From Monocercomonoides exilis PA203 (taxonomy: Eukaryota > Protista > Preaxostyla): 64,000 bases of DNA. Below are positions 52,901-64,000 of this stretch, piece by piece. Numbering within the stretch: the first letter of the stretch is position 1; every line of letters starts with the position of its first letter. Location of the stretch: contig LSRY02000004.1 in the NCBI GenBank assembly GCA_001643675.2, positions 1,116,001-1,180,000 on the forward strand, given 5' to 3'. Below the pieces are notes generated by a model. That model did not search any database and was not told the origin of the DNA. It saw nothing but the letters and a program-made list of their open reading frames with translations. A program made the translations under genes and the position numbers.

Positions 52901-54285
52901 GGAAGAAGAAGAAGAATTAGAAGAAGAATTAGAAGAAGCACCTGTAGAATTTTGTGAATGTGAAGGGTTTTTGTTTGAAAGAGAGGCAAACGCTGATAAA
53001 AGATAAGAAGGATTATGAAGAGAGCTTTTGATGAATTTTGGTGTTTGTTTGTTTGTTGATTTTATACGAAATCTTGTTGGAGAAGAAGAAGAGGAGGAAG
53101 AATGAGAAGAAGAGAAGGAAAGAGGTTTTTTGAGAAAAGAAGAAGAAGAAGGAGAAGAGGAAGAAGAAGAAGGAGAAGAAGAAGAAGAAGAAGAGGGATA
53201 AGTGGAAGCCAAAGAAATAGTGGGAGAAAGAGAAAGAGAAAGAGAAAGAGAAGGAGAAGGAGAAGGAGAAGGAGAAGGAGAAGGAGAAGATGATGATGAA
53301 ATGGGAGATTTTTGTTTCACTAGTTTATGAAATGGTATTGGTGATGGAGAAGTTCGATGGTAATGAAGTGTATTATTATGTTTGATTTTTGTAGTCCATC
53401 TTTCAGCTCGAAGTGGAGTGTTAATAGGATCGTTTACTGCATGAGATGGAGAAGATTTTTTTTCTGATATAATATTTGATTTTTTATTTTGTTGGCATAA
53501 TTTTTCTGAGGGAGAAGATTGTATATTGTGAGAATTATTTTTTTCTGTAATGATAATATTATCCCATGCAGATTCCTCAATGAACTGTGCGTAATCAGGA
53601 ACTTTTTTTGGTTTTTTCTTGGCTGATTGCAGTGAAGTTGAGCCTCTGTGGAATGGGCCAACATCCAATTGTTGCCCTTTTCCCAATCTTGTTCATTAAG
53701 ACCTTAAAAAAAATATAAAAAAAAAATAATTGAAAAAATAAAAAAACAGTAAAAAAAGAAATCATTATAAAATGAAATACAAACCACTTTTGCATGATGG
53801 CGGGTGAGGCAATTGTGCTGGTATTAAAAATCCTTGGTTTTTTGTGAGAGTTTGTTTTGCATAACTATACTTTCCTTCAGTGATGTCAAATCCATAGTCC
53901 AGAAGTTCAGATAATGATGCATTGCGCGTAAGTGCTTGAAGGATCATCGTTTGCGTGTGCAATTGTGCGTGCTTGTACATAACTGAGAGATCTTTAAGAA
54001 GTATTTCGTAGTATTCTGAGTTTTTTTTTAAATAACAAAAAAACAAATATAAATTAAAAATCAATATTACAAGAGAAAAATATAAGTTATTATCAATCAA
54101 AAAATTTTGATTTCGAAACCATTCAAGGATTTCAGTAAATCATTGATAACTGCAGATGATTTTCTGTAGTTGTAAAACAAATAGACGAGCAATGAATCAA
54201 CGTCATCTCCATCGATGCGTTGTATTTCTTTCCATAGAACGTTGCACCGTGAATTTAGAGTTGACTCTTGTTTAGAAAATGACAT
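49942..54285 (-). pseudogene. Sola-like transposase with an internal USP (peptidase C19) domain. Exons 54285-54120, 54015-53785, 53702-49942; 3 in-frame stops and 2 frameshifts
   Basis: Transposase motifs: KVSLSHFYKL...AKRRTDLCGMC, VFDFKEKW (D 50858-50860), FCDSGPHNRN (D 50611-50613), FFAEHHGKNICDSEFG (D 50485-50487). USP motifs: GLANFGNTCYLASLLQ, QQNVSE, LDGKNSVYCEEC, YHLIGQILH...GHC, WITCNDD. The ORFs from 53686 to 50798 share one frame. Confidence 0.82.
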
Positions 54286-55802
54286 ATTTGTGATTTTTTT
54301 TCAATTTATAATGGAATTATTATCAATTAATAAAAATTTCACAGCTCTGCAATTATTGTTTTAATTGTATTTTCAACATAGAAATTTCGATAAACAATAA
54401 CAAATATCAATATTTTTGCTCAAATAAGAAATTTATGTTTCAGATTTTTCTATAATCTCAAATTGAACGATAAAAATAACAAAACAATTTTCTGATGACT
54501 TGTAAGCATTAATATAGCAATAATATTCACAAATAAAATGAATAATATTCAAACAAATATCACATTTCCAAAATTAATGATCATAAATAACCAAATTATT
54601 TGTGCATTTTGGTCAACATTGAAAGTCACTTTTTCTGTACTTTACAAGCTGAAAATATCATTTTTTGCTGTATTGAGCAAAAAAATAAAATGACCAAAAC
54701 GCCCATGATCTAATTAATATATTTTTAAACATTCTAAATTCTTGATCATAAGTTAACCAAATTATTTGTGCGTTTTGGGCAAAAGTGGAGAAGGACTTTT
54801 CAACACCAGATAGTTGTTAAATATCATTTTATGTTGTTTCGAGCAAAAAAAATGAAATGCCCACAACGCCATGATCTTTCGACATATTTGAAATTAAGAA
54901 AATATTAAATTTTGTTCTATATTAATTTTCAATTTAAAATGTTAATTTATTGCAGATGAAAAAAATTATTAGCATATGTTGATGTTTATTTTATTCTCAA
55001 AAATTCTGTTTGGTAATAAATTAATTATTTGAGAGAAAATTTATTTGTGAAAAAGGTTTTTTTATCTTTATCAAATGAATTAATATTACAGCTGGAAACC
55101 AGTTGTTTTTAAACAAAAATGATATTAAAATGCTAGCGTGTGCAAGTTGTCATTTGAAATGAAAATAATAACTTCATTGTGTTTGATTTTTGAAATTGTG
55201 AAAAAAAGTCTGTTCTATTTCATGTGCTAAATGGTTCAATCATTTGAATAATTCAAAAAATATTTATTCAAAATATCTTTAATAATTAAATACTGAACAT
55301 ATGGGTCATTCTTTTTGAAAAGTCGCTGCTGATCAAAAATTCATCCCATGAAAGTTATTTAAAAACATTCCGTTACCATAATACAAATGAAAAAATTTTC
55401 CTTTCACAGTGATGTTTGTTGGTTCATGACAAACTTCTTTATGAGAAGAAATTCTCTTTCACAAAAAATTATATATCATATTTTTTGATCAAAATTTGAA
55501 TTTCAGTTTTTCAATGTGAAAAGGGTTTTATTGCTTGAACTATTTTGCACTTGTTGATTCATAAAATGTACAAGGTTTTTATCGATTTTATTTCATCAAA
55601 AATTAGAGATTCGTTAATTAATCAAATTCTTATTTGATTAAAAATTTTCATTGCACAGAATGTGCCTGGAATTTTGATAAATGCGTAGATTACTCCCACA
55701 AGTTTGATAAATATGATAAAACATACATATCAAAAGGTTTTCATTCAGCTTTTATTTAAATGTTTTATTTTATTATTCTAATAAAATTATTCATTTTTTT
55801 AG

Positions 55803-56330
55803 CTTGGAAAGTTTGCTGCAGATTTCAGAGCACCGTTTGTGAAGGAACTGGCGATCTGGGGTTGCACAATAGACTCGTTTGAAGGAGAAGAAGATCTTCT
55901 ACTGAGAGTTGTGAAATACCAGAGCGAGACGATATTTGTTTCTTCAGTTGCAGACAATCATGGAGATTGCAAGCAATGTGGAGGATTTGAAGCGCCTTGT
56001 GAGTCTTTGAGTGAAGGAGTTCAACACATTATTCCATCACGCTATTCGCAGCTGTTGATATCGGAGCAAACAATCATCAACGGAGAATGCTGTGTGCAGA
56101 ATGTTAGCATTCACTCATTGGAATCTACTTCAGCTGCTTTGGTGTATCTGAACTCAACAATTGTTGGGGATGTGGAAAATCTAAACACAACTGCAGGGAG
56201 AATTCGTATAGAGAGAGCAAAGTTCACCTTTGGCCAGTCGTATGCGCACTCTAGCTGCGCTGCTGTTAACGGCACTAATGGAGAGCACTCGTTCTCCTTT
56301 GAAAATTTTGCATCATCTTCTGCCTTATAG
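55803..56330 (+). pseudogene. Captured fragment of the beta-helix repeat protein family
   Basis: IFVSS...GDCKQCGGFEAPCESLSEGVQHI matches the CGxxxxPC repeat of the gene at 1-3894. The fragment is isolated and ends abruptly against Ser-rich DNA. Confidence 0.6.
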
Positions 56331-59300
56331 GTCGTCCTGACATCCTCGTTTCCTACCGAGCACCATTTTCTTCAGAAGTCCCTCTTTCCGTGCAATTCAA
56401 CCATCCTTTCTCTTCTTCTCCTCCTCCTTCTTCTTCTTCAACTAAAAACCTGAATGAGTTTCAGAAACCTCCATCGCGTGTGTCCCCTCGCCACATTCAC
56501 CGTCGCTCCTCTTCTGTGAACTTCTCCTCTCATTCTCCTCTCCTCAGCTCTGATCATTTCTCTCTACTTCTTCCACTACAGTTACTCCATTTGTGCCATC
56601 TTCTTCTTTGAAATCTTCAACAGTTTCAACCACAATTCCTTCTCGTCTATCAAAACCATCAGCTTCTGCTGCACCTTCTGCTTTCTCCTCTCCCTTAGTC
56701 ACACTCTCTCAAGTGCCTGTATCATCCAGCAAGAAAACACCTCTTTCTCCTTCTCATTCTCTTTCTCCTTTTCTCTCTCTTTCTCCTTCTGCTGTAAAAA
56801 GGAGATCCACAACCCCTCCTCCCACATCATCAGCAAACACTTATCGCCCTGTGCCTCAGACTGTTCCTGTTGCTTCAACTTCACCTCGTCCTGTGTTCTC
56901 TTCTACTGCTTCCTCTTCTTCTTCCTCTTCTTCTCTTTCTTCTGTTCCGTCAACCTCTTTCTTTTCCCAAGAACATTCGGTCTTTTCTCCACAAACAGCT
57001 GAAATTGATGAGCTTCACAACTCGTCAAAGCCTGTAGCATTTTCAATTGTTCATTCGGATGACTCTTCGAAAGGACAAACTCTTCAGCAATCCTCTTCTC
57101 CTTCTCCTTCTTCCTCTTCCTCTTCCTCTTCTTCTCTCACTCCAATATTATCTGCTGCTACTGCATCATCTTCCTCTTCCTCCTCTTCCTCTTCCTCTTC
57201 CTCTTCCTCTTCTCTTCCATTCTCAACCTCTCTCTCTCAATCAACCCCCCCATTAAATAGCTCTTCTCGCAGTGTTCTCCGTCAAACCGCTCCGCTTCGC
57301 CCGCTCATCAGCCATAATTCAGCACAATATTCTTCTCTTCCTTCATCTCAAGCAACTTCACTTCAACCTCTGCGCATCTTAACTCCTCCAATGCCTCCTT
57401 CTCAGCCTCCTCCTTCTCATCCTCCGCCTCATCCGCCTCCACCTCCTTCCAACCCTTCTCCTCCTCCTCATTCTCTTCCTCCACACACGCTTCCTCCTCC
57501 TTCGAAGTCTCCTCCACCTGTTCCTCTTTCTCCTTCTGCAAGCAAACTGCCTGCTTCATTTGTGTCTTTCTTTGGTACCACACAAACAAATGCTCCTTCT
57601 TCTTCGACTTCGTTGTCTTCTTCTTCTTCTTCAGTTGGATCAACAGATGATGCAAAGATGAATTCTCTTAAGACAGGCTCTGGTTCTTACACTCCAACAC
57701 CAATGTGCTCAAATGCTGATGTTCCAGCTTCTTTCTCTTTTTTCTCGACAATTTCTTCTTCTTCTTCCAACCAGCACCCAATCTTCTCTTTCGACTCGTT
57801 CTGTTTTGATGAATGAGTAGCCAACAGCAGCCACAACTCCGTTTTCAATGGTATCTGCTGAATTTTCGATGTCCCCTTCGCTCAAAAGACAAAGCAACGG
57901 AACCCCACAAAGATCTGCTTATACTCCTCCTTCTTTCTCAGCAAGAAATATGCCTGCTGATTTTGCGTCTGATTTTGCTCCTTCTTCTTCTTCCACTTCG
58001 AATTCTTCGAATTCTTCTTCTTCTTCTTTGTCTTCCTCTTCTGCTTTCTCAAAGCCAAATCCTCGTTCAATCAACAAGGGATCATTCACTCTTGATATCT
58101 CTTCGTCATCATAACCTTCTTCTTCTTCTTCTTCTCTGTTTGGACAGCCTTCTTCAATAAGATACTCAACCACACCGCCATTTGATTTCTTTGACAGAAA
58201 GATTTATGCTGATCTTTCCAAAAACTCTCCTTTCTCTTCTTCTCGAACACAATCGTCATCATCATCAACATCGTCATCTTCATCATTGTTCTTGCCTTTC
58301 TCAACTTCATCATCAATTTCTTCTTCTTCTTCTTCCTCTTCTTCCTCTTCTTCTTCCTCTTCTCCTTCTCCTTCTGATGCATTAAACATTCCAATTTCAC
58401 AACATTTCATATCAATTTGTTCAAAGCAACATTTATCTTCTTCTTCATCCTCTTCACCTTCTTCACATTATTTACTATTATTAGTTCAGAAATAAGCAAA
58501 AAGAAAACAAAACATTCTCAATGTTGACTCCATATTTGTTTCTTTCAAAGAATTTTTTGAAAGAAATTGATTGTAAAACGAAACAGGAAATAGATGGAAA
58601 ATGAGGTTAGTTGATGGAGCAAAATCAAATTTTGAAGAAAAATTGAGAATACAAAAATCGATAAATAAAGAATAAAAGAGAAAGAAGAGATAGAGGGGTT
58701 AGAGGAAGAAGAAGAATAGGAGAAGAAGAATACGATAAGGATAATGCAAATATCAATGAAGAACATGGAAAGGCTTCGCTATTAACTCCCTCAGCTCCGC
58801 CATCGTCTGCAGAAACTGCTCCAATCACTGCACATCCCCCAAAGGAAGATCAAAGCAGATCGCTTTTTTTGAGTCGTTCATCCACAGCTTCAGCCACAAC
58901 AGTCATCGCAGCAGCCGCACCATCTGGAACAACTCCTTCCGCCCGTCTTTCTTCTCTTTCACCAACTGTACAATCTAAACATGCAGCTTTAGCACAAACT
59001 ATTCCCACGTCACCTTCGATGCTGTGTAAAACTCAAACTCCAAGTTGACCGATGCCATCTTGCCGCCTTCACAATCACATAATTCAAAGACTGCAGAGCA
59101 GGATTTTGCAGGTTAGCTTCATCACAAACATCCGGAAGCTGCTTCTTCTCTGAAGTTATTCAGCAGAAACCACAGAAACACATACGCTTCCGCATCCCTT
59201 TTCCCCTGCTGCATCTCCTCAAACAACCAAAAGACACTTATATCTCTTCTCCGACACCTCTTCTACCACAATTCAATTATCAGGAAAACTCCAATTCTCC

Positions 59301-61399
59301 TCCGGTTTACTCCTTCTGCACAAATTTCTCAAACAGCTTCATCTCTGCAAAGTTTATCCGGAACAGTTCTTCCCCATTCATCCTCGCCCACAGCACCGCA
59401 TCGCTCTTCTTCTGCGCCACTCACTTCTCCCCCAACCACATGAACACAAAGTCCCCAAACCTCTGCCTCACCGCCCCCTACCCTGCTCACCTGAGACTGC
59501 ACCCGCCCTCGTCTGTTGCGATCTTGAATACAAATATCTACATAATCTACGTCAGCTTCCACACTAGCTACGACTGCAGACCTTTCTTCAGCAACTTTTA
59601 CAAACGCTTCATCTGCACAGACGACCGCCGCGAGTGTGGCACCCGAAGCACATGTACTGATTTTCACGTTTCTTGTTCCAGCGGTCTGGACACTGTGCTC
59701 ATCAGCCGCTCCCTCTCCGTCGACACCGCCTGCAAAGGCACCCCACCCTCCCCAGACAGCCCTGCTACCGATCCACCAGGCGAAGTCACAAGCCACTCCG
59801 ACTCTTCACGTTCTCTGCTGTCTGTCATATGCTCGAGAAGCATGAACAGCCACTGCACAACATTCGCCTTCCCTTCACCTTTCTTTGCCACTGTTTGAAC
59901 TTCAGTTTACATCCAATCATCCCTCTCTCTCTTCGGATCGTTGTGCTAAAACACCGGAATCCTGTTCACCGCGCTTGCATCTCTTTCTTCTGCCTTTTCC
60001 ACCTCCTCTGCCTCCTCGTATTCTCAGCCATAACTTCTATTCCTTATCCTCCTCATTTCTCCATCCATCTCTCTCACCCCTTTCTCCTCTGCCATTCCTT
60101 CCCTGCTCTCTCCAAAGTCCACTTGCACCACATGCTCTTCCAGCTTCTTCACCTTTCCGGGAGTTCATTAAGCAACCTCTTTAAACGAAGCTTAAGTATT
60201 CATCTATTCCTGCTTCTTTTTTGCAAGAAACATCTGCTGCTTTCCAATCACCTCATTGAACAGCGCCTTCTGCATGCTTATCATCTGCTTCTGCAATTTC
60301 GACAACACAATCAGCATCTTCGATTCCTTCTCCATTTTTCCACTCTTCTATCTCACAGTTTCATCCACTCCTCCTCCACAATAACCACCATCACTACCCT
60401 CAGCGCTGTTCTTCTCCAACCTCTTGCTTGTCTCTGACTTTGTTCCTTCACATCAGTCTCCTCCTCCATCACCACAATTTGCCTCTCTTGCTACACTTGC
60501 CAGATTCTCCACTTTAACAGAAAGCTCCTTCAAGCTTGGATTCGGGCCAAGCATCACAACACTACCTTCTCCGATACTCGAGGAAAGCTTCTTGTGGTGC
60601 TTTTCACGTAGCCCCGAAGGCAAGATCAACTAATCTGAAGACGGAGCCATCCCGCCACACACAGAAACCGACAAAGAAGACGTGGCAAGCTTCAATCCCG
60701 ACCTCAGCAGCTTACCAGCGCAGTCCACACTCACAACTTCGTCATGATGCAATCTAAACTTTTCTTTTATAATCACCACATCCAAAAGTTCATTCTTCTC
60801 CTTCATTGCTACCAGCTGCTCATGCAGCTCCTTCAACTCCCTCACCTCTGCGTTGTGCTTCTCACTAAGCTCCAGAATTATCATCAGACTCATCCGGATG
60901 ATCTTGTCCTTCTCCTGCAGCTGCTCTGCCAGCCCGCTCATCCGCTTCGCCTCCTTTACCTTTTATAACTTCTTCTTCTTCTTCTTATCTTTCTTCCAGC
61001 AAATGCAGCACAATAGCTGCGGGCGATAGAACCACATCCTCCATCATCAGCCCCTCTGCCCCACCGCCTCCAGCGCCTTCTTCGCAACCTCTCCCACTTC
61101 ATTCTCAACAACCATTCACCTCCTCATTTTGTTGTCCAGCTTCATCACTCCGCATGCCTCGACTGCTTCTATCGGTTCGCCAGCCATTCAATGGCCAATG
61201 GAGCCAGCGATGGATCATGCGGATTGCAGATTGGCAGGAACGCAACCACATCTCCCGCTGTAAATAATGGCTTCTTCGACGACTTCTTTCTCTGCAAGTC
61301 CTCAAGAAACGGGAGCAGAGCCAGAAGTTAAATGAAAAATATTTCACATTGAACGGACACAGCACGTTCTGTTCAGCAGGGCACAGCAAGCCAACACTG

Positions 61400-61850
61400 A
61401 AACCTCGCAGCGTGTGCAACATCCGCAGTGACAGCAGCAGCTACTACCTCAAAACCATACAGCATTTGCAGCTCAGCTGCTTTCCTAACAACTATCCTCA
61501 GTCGCCTCTCGATTTCATTCATCGATGCTGCTTCAAGCGTTTATGAAGCCTCCACCTTCGAGGTATCTGAAGGGTAAATTGCACCTGCAGACGAAGATGC
61601 AAATAACTGAGCATTTCCTGTCGCCTTCTTCTCTTCGCTTATTGGACTCCGGAATGGAAAAGAAGATCTGCGTGCTGCTCCATTCGAAGAAGACGAAGAA
61701 GACAAAGGCTCTGAGCGAAGAGACAATTGCATCGTTTCCACTCCCACAAGAAGCTTTTTGATACAACTCATCACACAAAATTGTAGCGCCTTTCGTATCA
61801 CAAACACAAAGTCCATGTTCAAATTAGAAACGTCAATAATCACCGTAATC
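61400..61850 (-). pseudogene. Possible N-terminal fragment of a hAT transposase
   Basis: CDELYQKASCGSGNDAIVSSLRA (BED-like), ICIFVCRCNLPFRYLEGGGF (hAT LPF..E..GF-like), then AAVTAD in another frame. Confidence 0.35.
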
Positions 61851-62577
61851 TCATCTTTTTTGATTTGATGGAAAAGAAGGAGCAGGATTTCTTTTTGAAA
61901 AGAATTGAAATGAGAAGAAAAAGATGAGCAAAAAAGAAAACGAAAAGTTGAAAGCTATTTAAGATATGATTCATGATTTTATTCAAAACATGAGATGCAA
62001 TTTCTTTTATGGTTTTTTTAAATTCATTTTATTTTATATATTACGTGTTATTCTTCATTTATTTTTTATAACATTAATAACTGCTCAATATTAACAACTT
62101 TTTGAATTTCTTTTAATTGCAAAGAGGATAGCATCGATGAAATCTTCCTGTTTAATAATTTCTTTTCAAAATACTCAAATTAAAGCAAGTTAAAATCTAT
62201 CTGTTATTTAACATAGGAAAATAATTAAAAAGGAGTCTCTATTCAAAAAATCAAAACGTTTTATACGAACAATTGAAATGAAAACATAGAAATAAAAATA
62301 AATTATTCAGTTGCTCCAAAAAAACAAGAAAAAATTTTTAAATTACATTAATATGATTAAACAGTGAAAATAATATATGAAATCAGTTTTATTGAAACGC
62401 AATATTCGGCGATAGGGTGACAAAACTGAAAAGAATAATACTCAGCAATATATGATGGTAACGGAATGATCAACATTTCATGATCATTTTTGATCTTATT
62501 TTCAGATCAGTTAAACGTTTGCGACTTTTCATAAAGAATGACCCATATAATACATTTTTTTCGTTTGAGTGAAGAGG

Positions 62578-63813
62578 TTATGCGCGATGATGGAAAAGAA
62601 ATAAATTAACATGATGATTGAAAATGTTGTCATTTTGTTGCACTGGATGCAATTGAGGAATTTTTCCGTTTACTGTGATTTTCGCATTTGTGGAACAGAA
62701 GGTTGGTGTTTGAAGAGGAACAAACGTTGAGGCGAGAAGTGTGAGGAAGGCATCTTGCAGGAGGGAAATGAAGCCGGTGAGGGCATACTCGATGGTGGCA
62801 CATGGGGTCTGTTGGGGTCTGCCACAGGCATCAGAATTTGTTCCATTGATGGCAACGATTTTGTTCTGGTCGATGATCGGAAGCCATCCATTGTACACAT
62901 CGCTATCTGCAGTTCCTGCGTTCCACACTCTTTTTGCTGGGGTTGTTGATCCACAATTCTCAAATGGGGATTGGGTGATGGCATTACCACTGAAGAACAC
63001 ATCATTGCCCCTGCCATTTTTTGCAGTGTTGCCATTGAAAAAGCAGAAAGTGATGAATCTAATTTCGTTCATCCAAGTGAATGTTGCATCCAAATAGATG
63101 GCGGCTCCGCCGCGTGTTGATGAAGTTGATGTCAATTCATTATTTACAAATTGGCACTCATTGATTGAAAAATGACTTGGTTTATTTTGTGGAGGCCAAT
63201 TGAATGTTAGAGAACCAGCAGAATCGCCACCAGAATTTGAAATACACTTGCATTTGGAAAACAGGAATTGAGCATTTGATGGTATCCTTTCGAGCCTAAA
63301 ATACCAACCAGTTCCACACCAATCAGTTATTGAACAACTTTCAACTTTATTTTCCGTAAATATCCAAACAGCATTTGCTTGTGGATTCCATATTGCGGAT
63401 GCTCCTCCATGAGCAACCGAACAGCTTGTGAAATTGGATTTTGAGATCTTGACATTTAATAAATATCTACAAAACAATGTTCCTCCTTCCCAGCCACCTG
63501 TGCAAGAACAATTGTTGAATGAGTATGAAAAAATCGCAAGGTTTGCATTTGAACATACAACAAAGAGTGCACCGCCCGCAGATCCATTTCCTCTATACTA
63601 TTCATTCCATTTGCACAATTAAAAGCGATAGCTATACAATTCAGCAAAGGGCAATCAACATTATTTCTCTCTGTGAGATTCAGATCCATTATATTTTACA
63701 AGTTCATTTGATAAAAATCTTGTCTGATGGAGAAAAGAGGCGTTGAAGGCATAAAGAGAAGTGGTAGGGCTGTTGAGGTTGGGAAGGATAGCATAATAGA
63801 TGATAGTTTGTTC
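62578..63813 (-). pseudogene. Truncated/frameshifted beta-helix repeat protein
   Basis: AGGALFV, GGAAIYLD, FCFFNGNTAKNGRGNDVF, DACGRPQQTPCATI. The frame is broken near 63600 and ends ~30 bp from the neighbouring TIR. Confidence 0.65.
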
Positions 63814-64000
63814 ACTATGAAATATTGAAACTAATTTGAAAAAGATAATACAAATAAAGAAAACTTTTGCATAATCTTTCTTTATTCACAAGAATCAATG
63901 TTAATCATGACAATAAAAAAACAATTCACACGTTTTTAAAATTATTCTTTCGACAAATCTTTCAGAACATCTTGTTGAACAATGAAATTTAAAAAGGTTG

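Larger units (their letters stand above)
48567..54876 (-). mobile_element. Sola-like DDD DNA transposon, 6.3 kb, with 390-bp TIRs
   Basis: 48567-48956 matches the reverse complement of 54487-54876 (GATCATGGCGTTGTGGGCATTTC...) with no mismatch that I could find by eye. It encloses a transposase gene. Exact termini and TSD are ambiguous. Confidence 0.88.
55303..62544. mobile_element. Non-autonomous TIR element, 7242 bp, ATAT-flanked, with a mosaic of gene fragments (Pack-type candidate)
   Basis: 24-bp TIR GGGTCATTCTTT(T/A)TGAAAAGTCGC with 1 mismatch. ATAT at 55299-55302 and 62545-62548. GATCAAAAAT subterminal motif at both ends. Confidence 0.75.

Overview
AT-rich eukaryotic DNA with short GT-AG introns and the standard genetic code. 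Poly-Ser/poly-Glu proteins and a large Gly/Cys-rich beta-helix-like repeat family suggest an oxymonad such as Monocercomonoides (inferred from sequence style only). Bases 1-23.2 kb hold seven tightly packed host genes: a beta-helix repeat protein, an LRR protein, a CHID1-like GH18 protein, CLASP, an alpha/beta-hydrolase, a CH-domain protein and a membrane-anchored S41-type peptidase. Bases 23.2-64 kb are almost entirely DNA transposons and gene debris. They include two near-identical 5.4-kb hAT elements in inverted orientation, each with its own 8-bp TSD; three elements with ATAT|GGGT termini (a 255-bp MITE and two 6-7 kb elements filled with gene fragments); and a foldback MITE. The main finding is a 6.3-kb Sola-like DDD transposon with 390-bp TIRs. 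Its transposase gene carries a ubiquitin-specific protease (USP/C19) domain inserted in the same reading frame, and a 126-nt multi-stem RNA structure with a C(UUCG)G tetraloop begins 10 nt after its stop codon.
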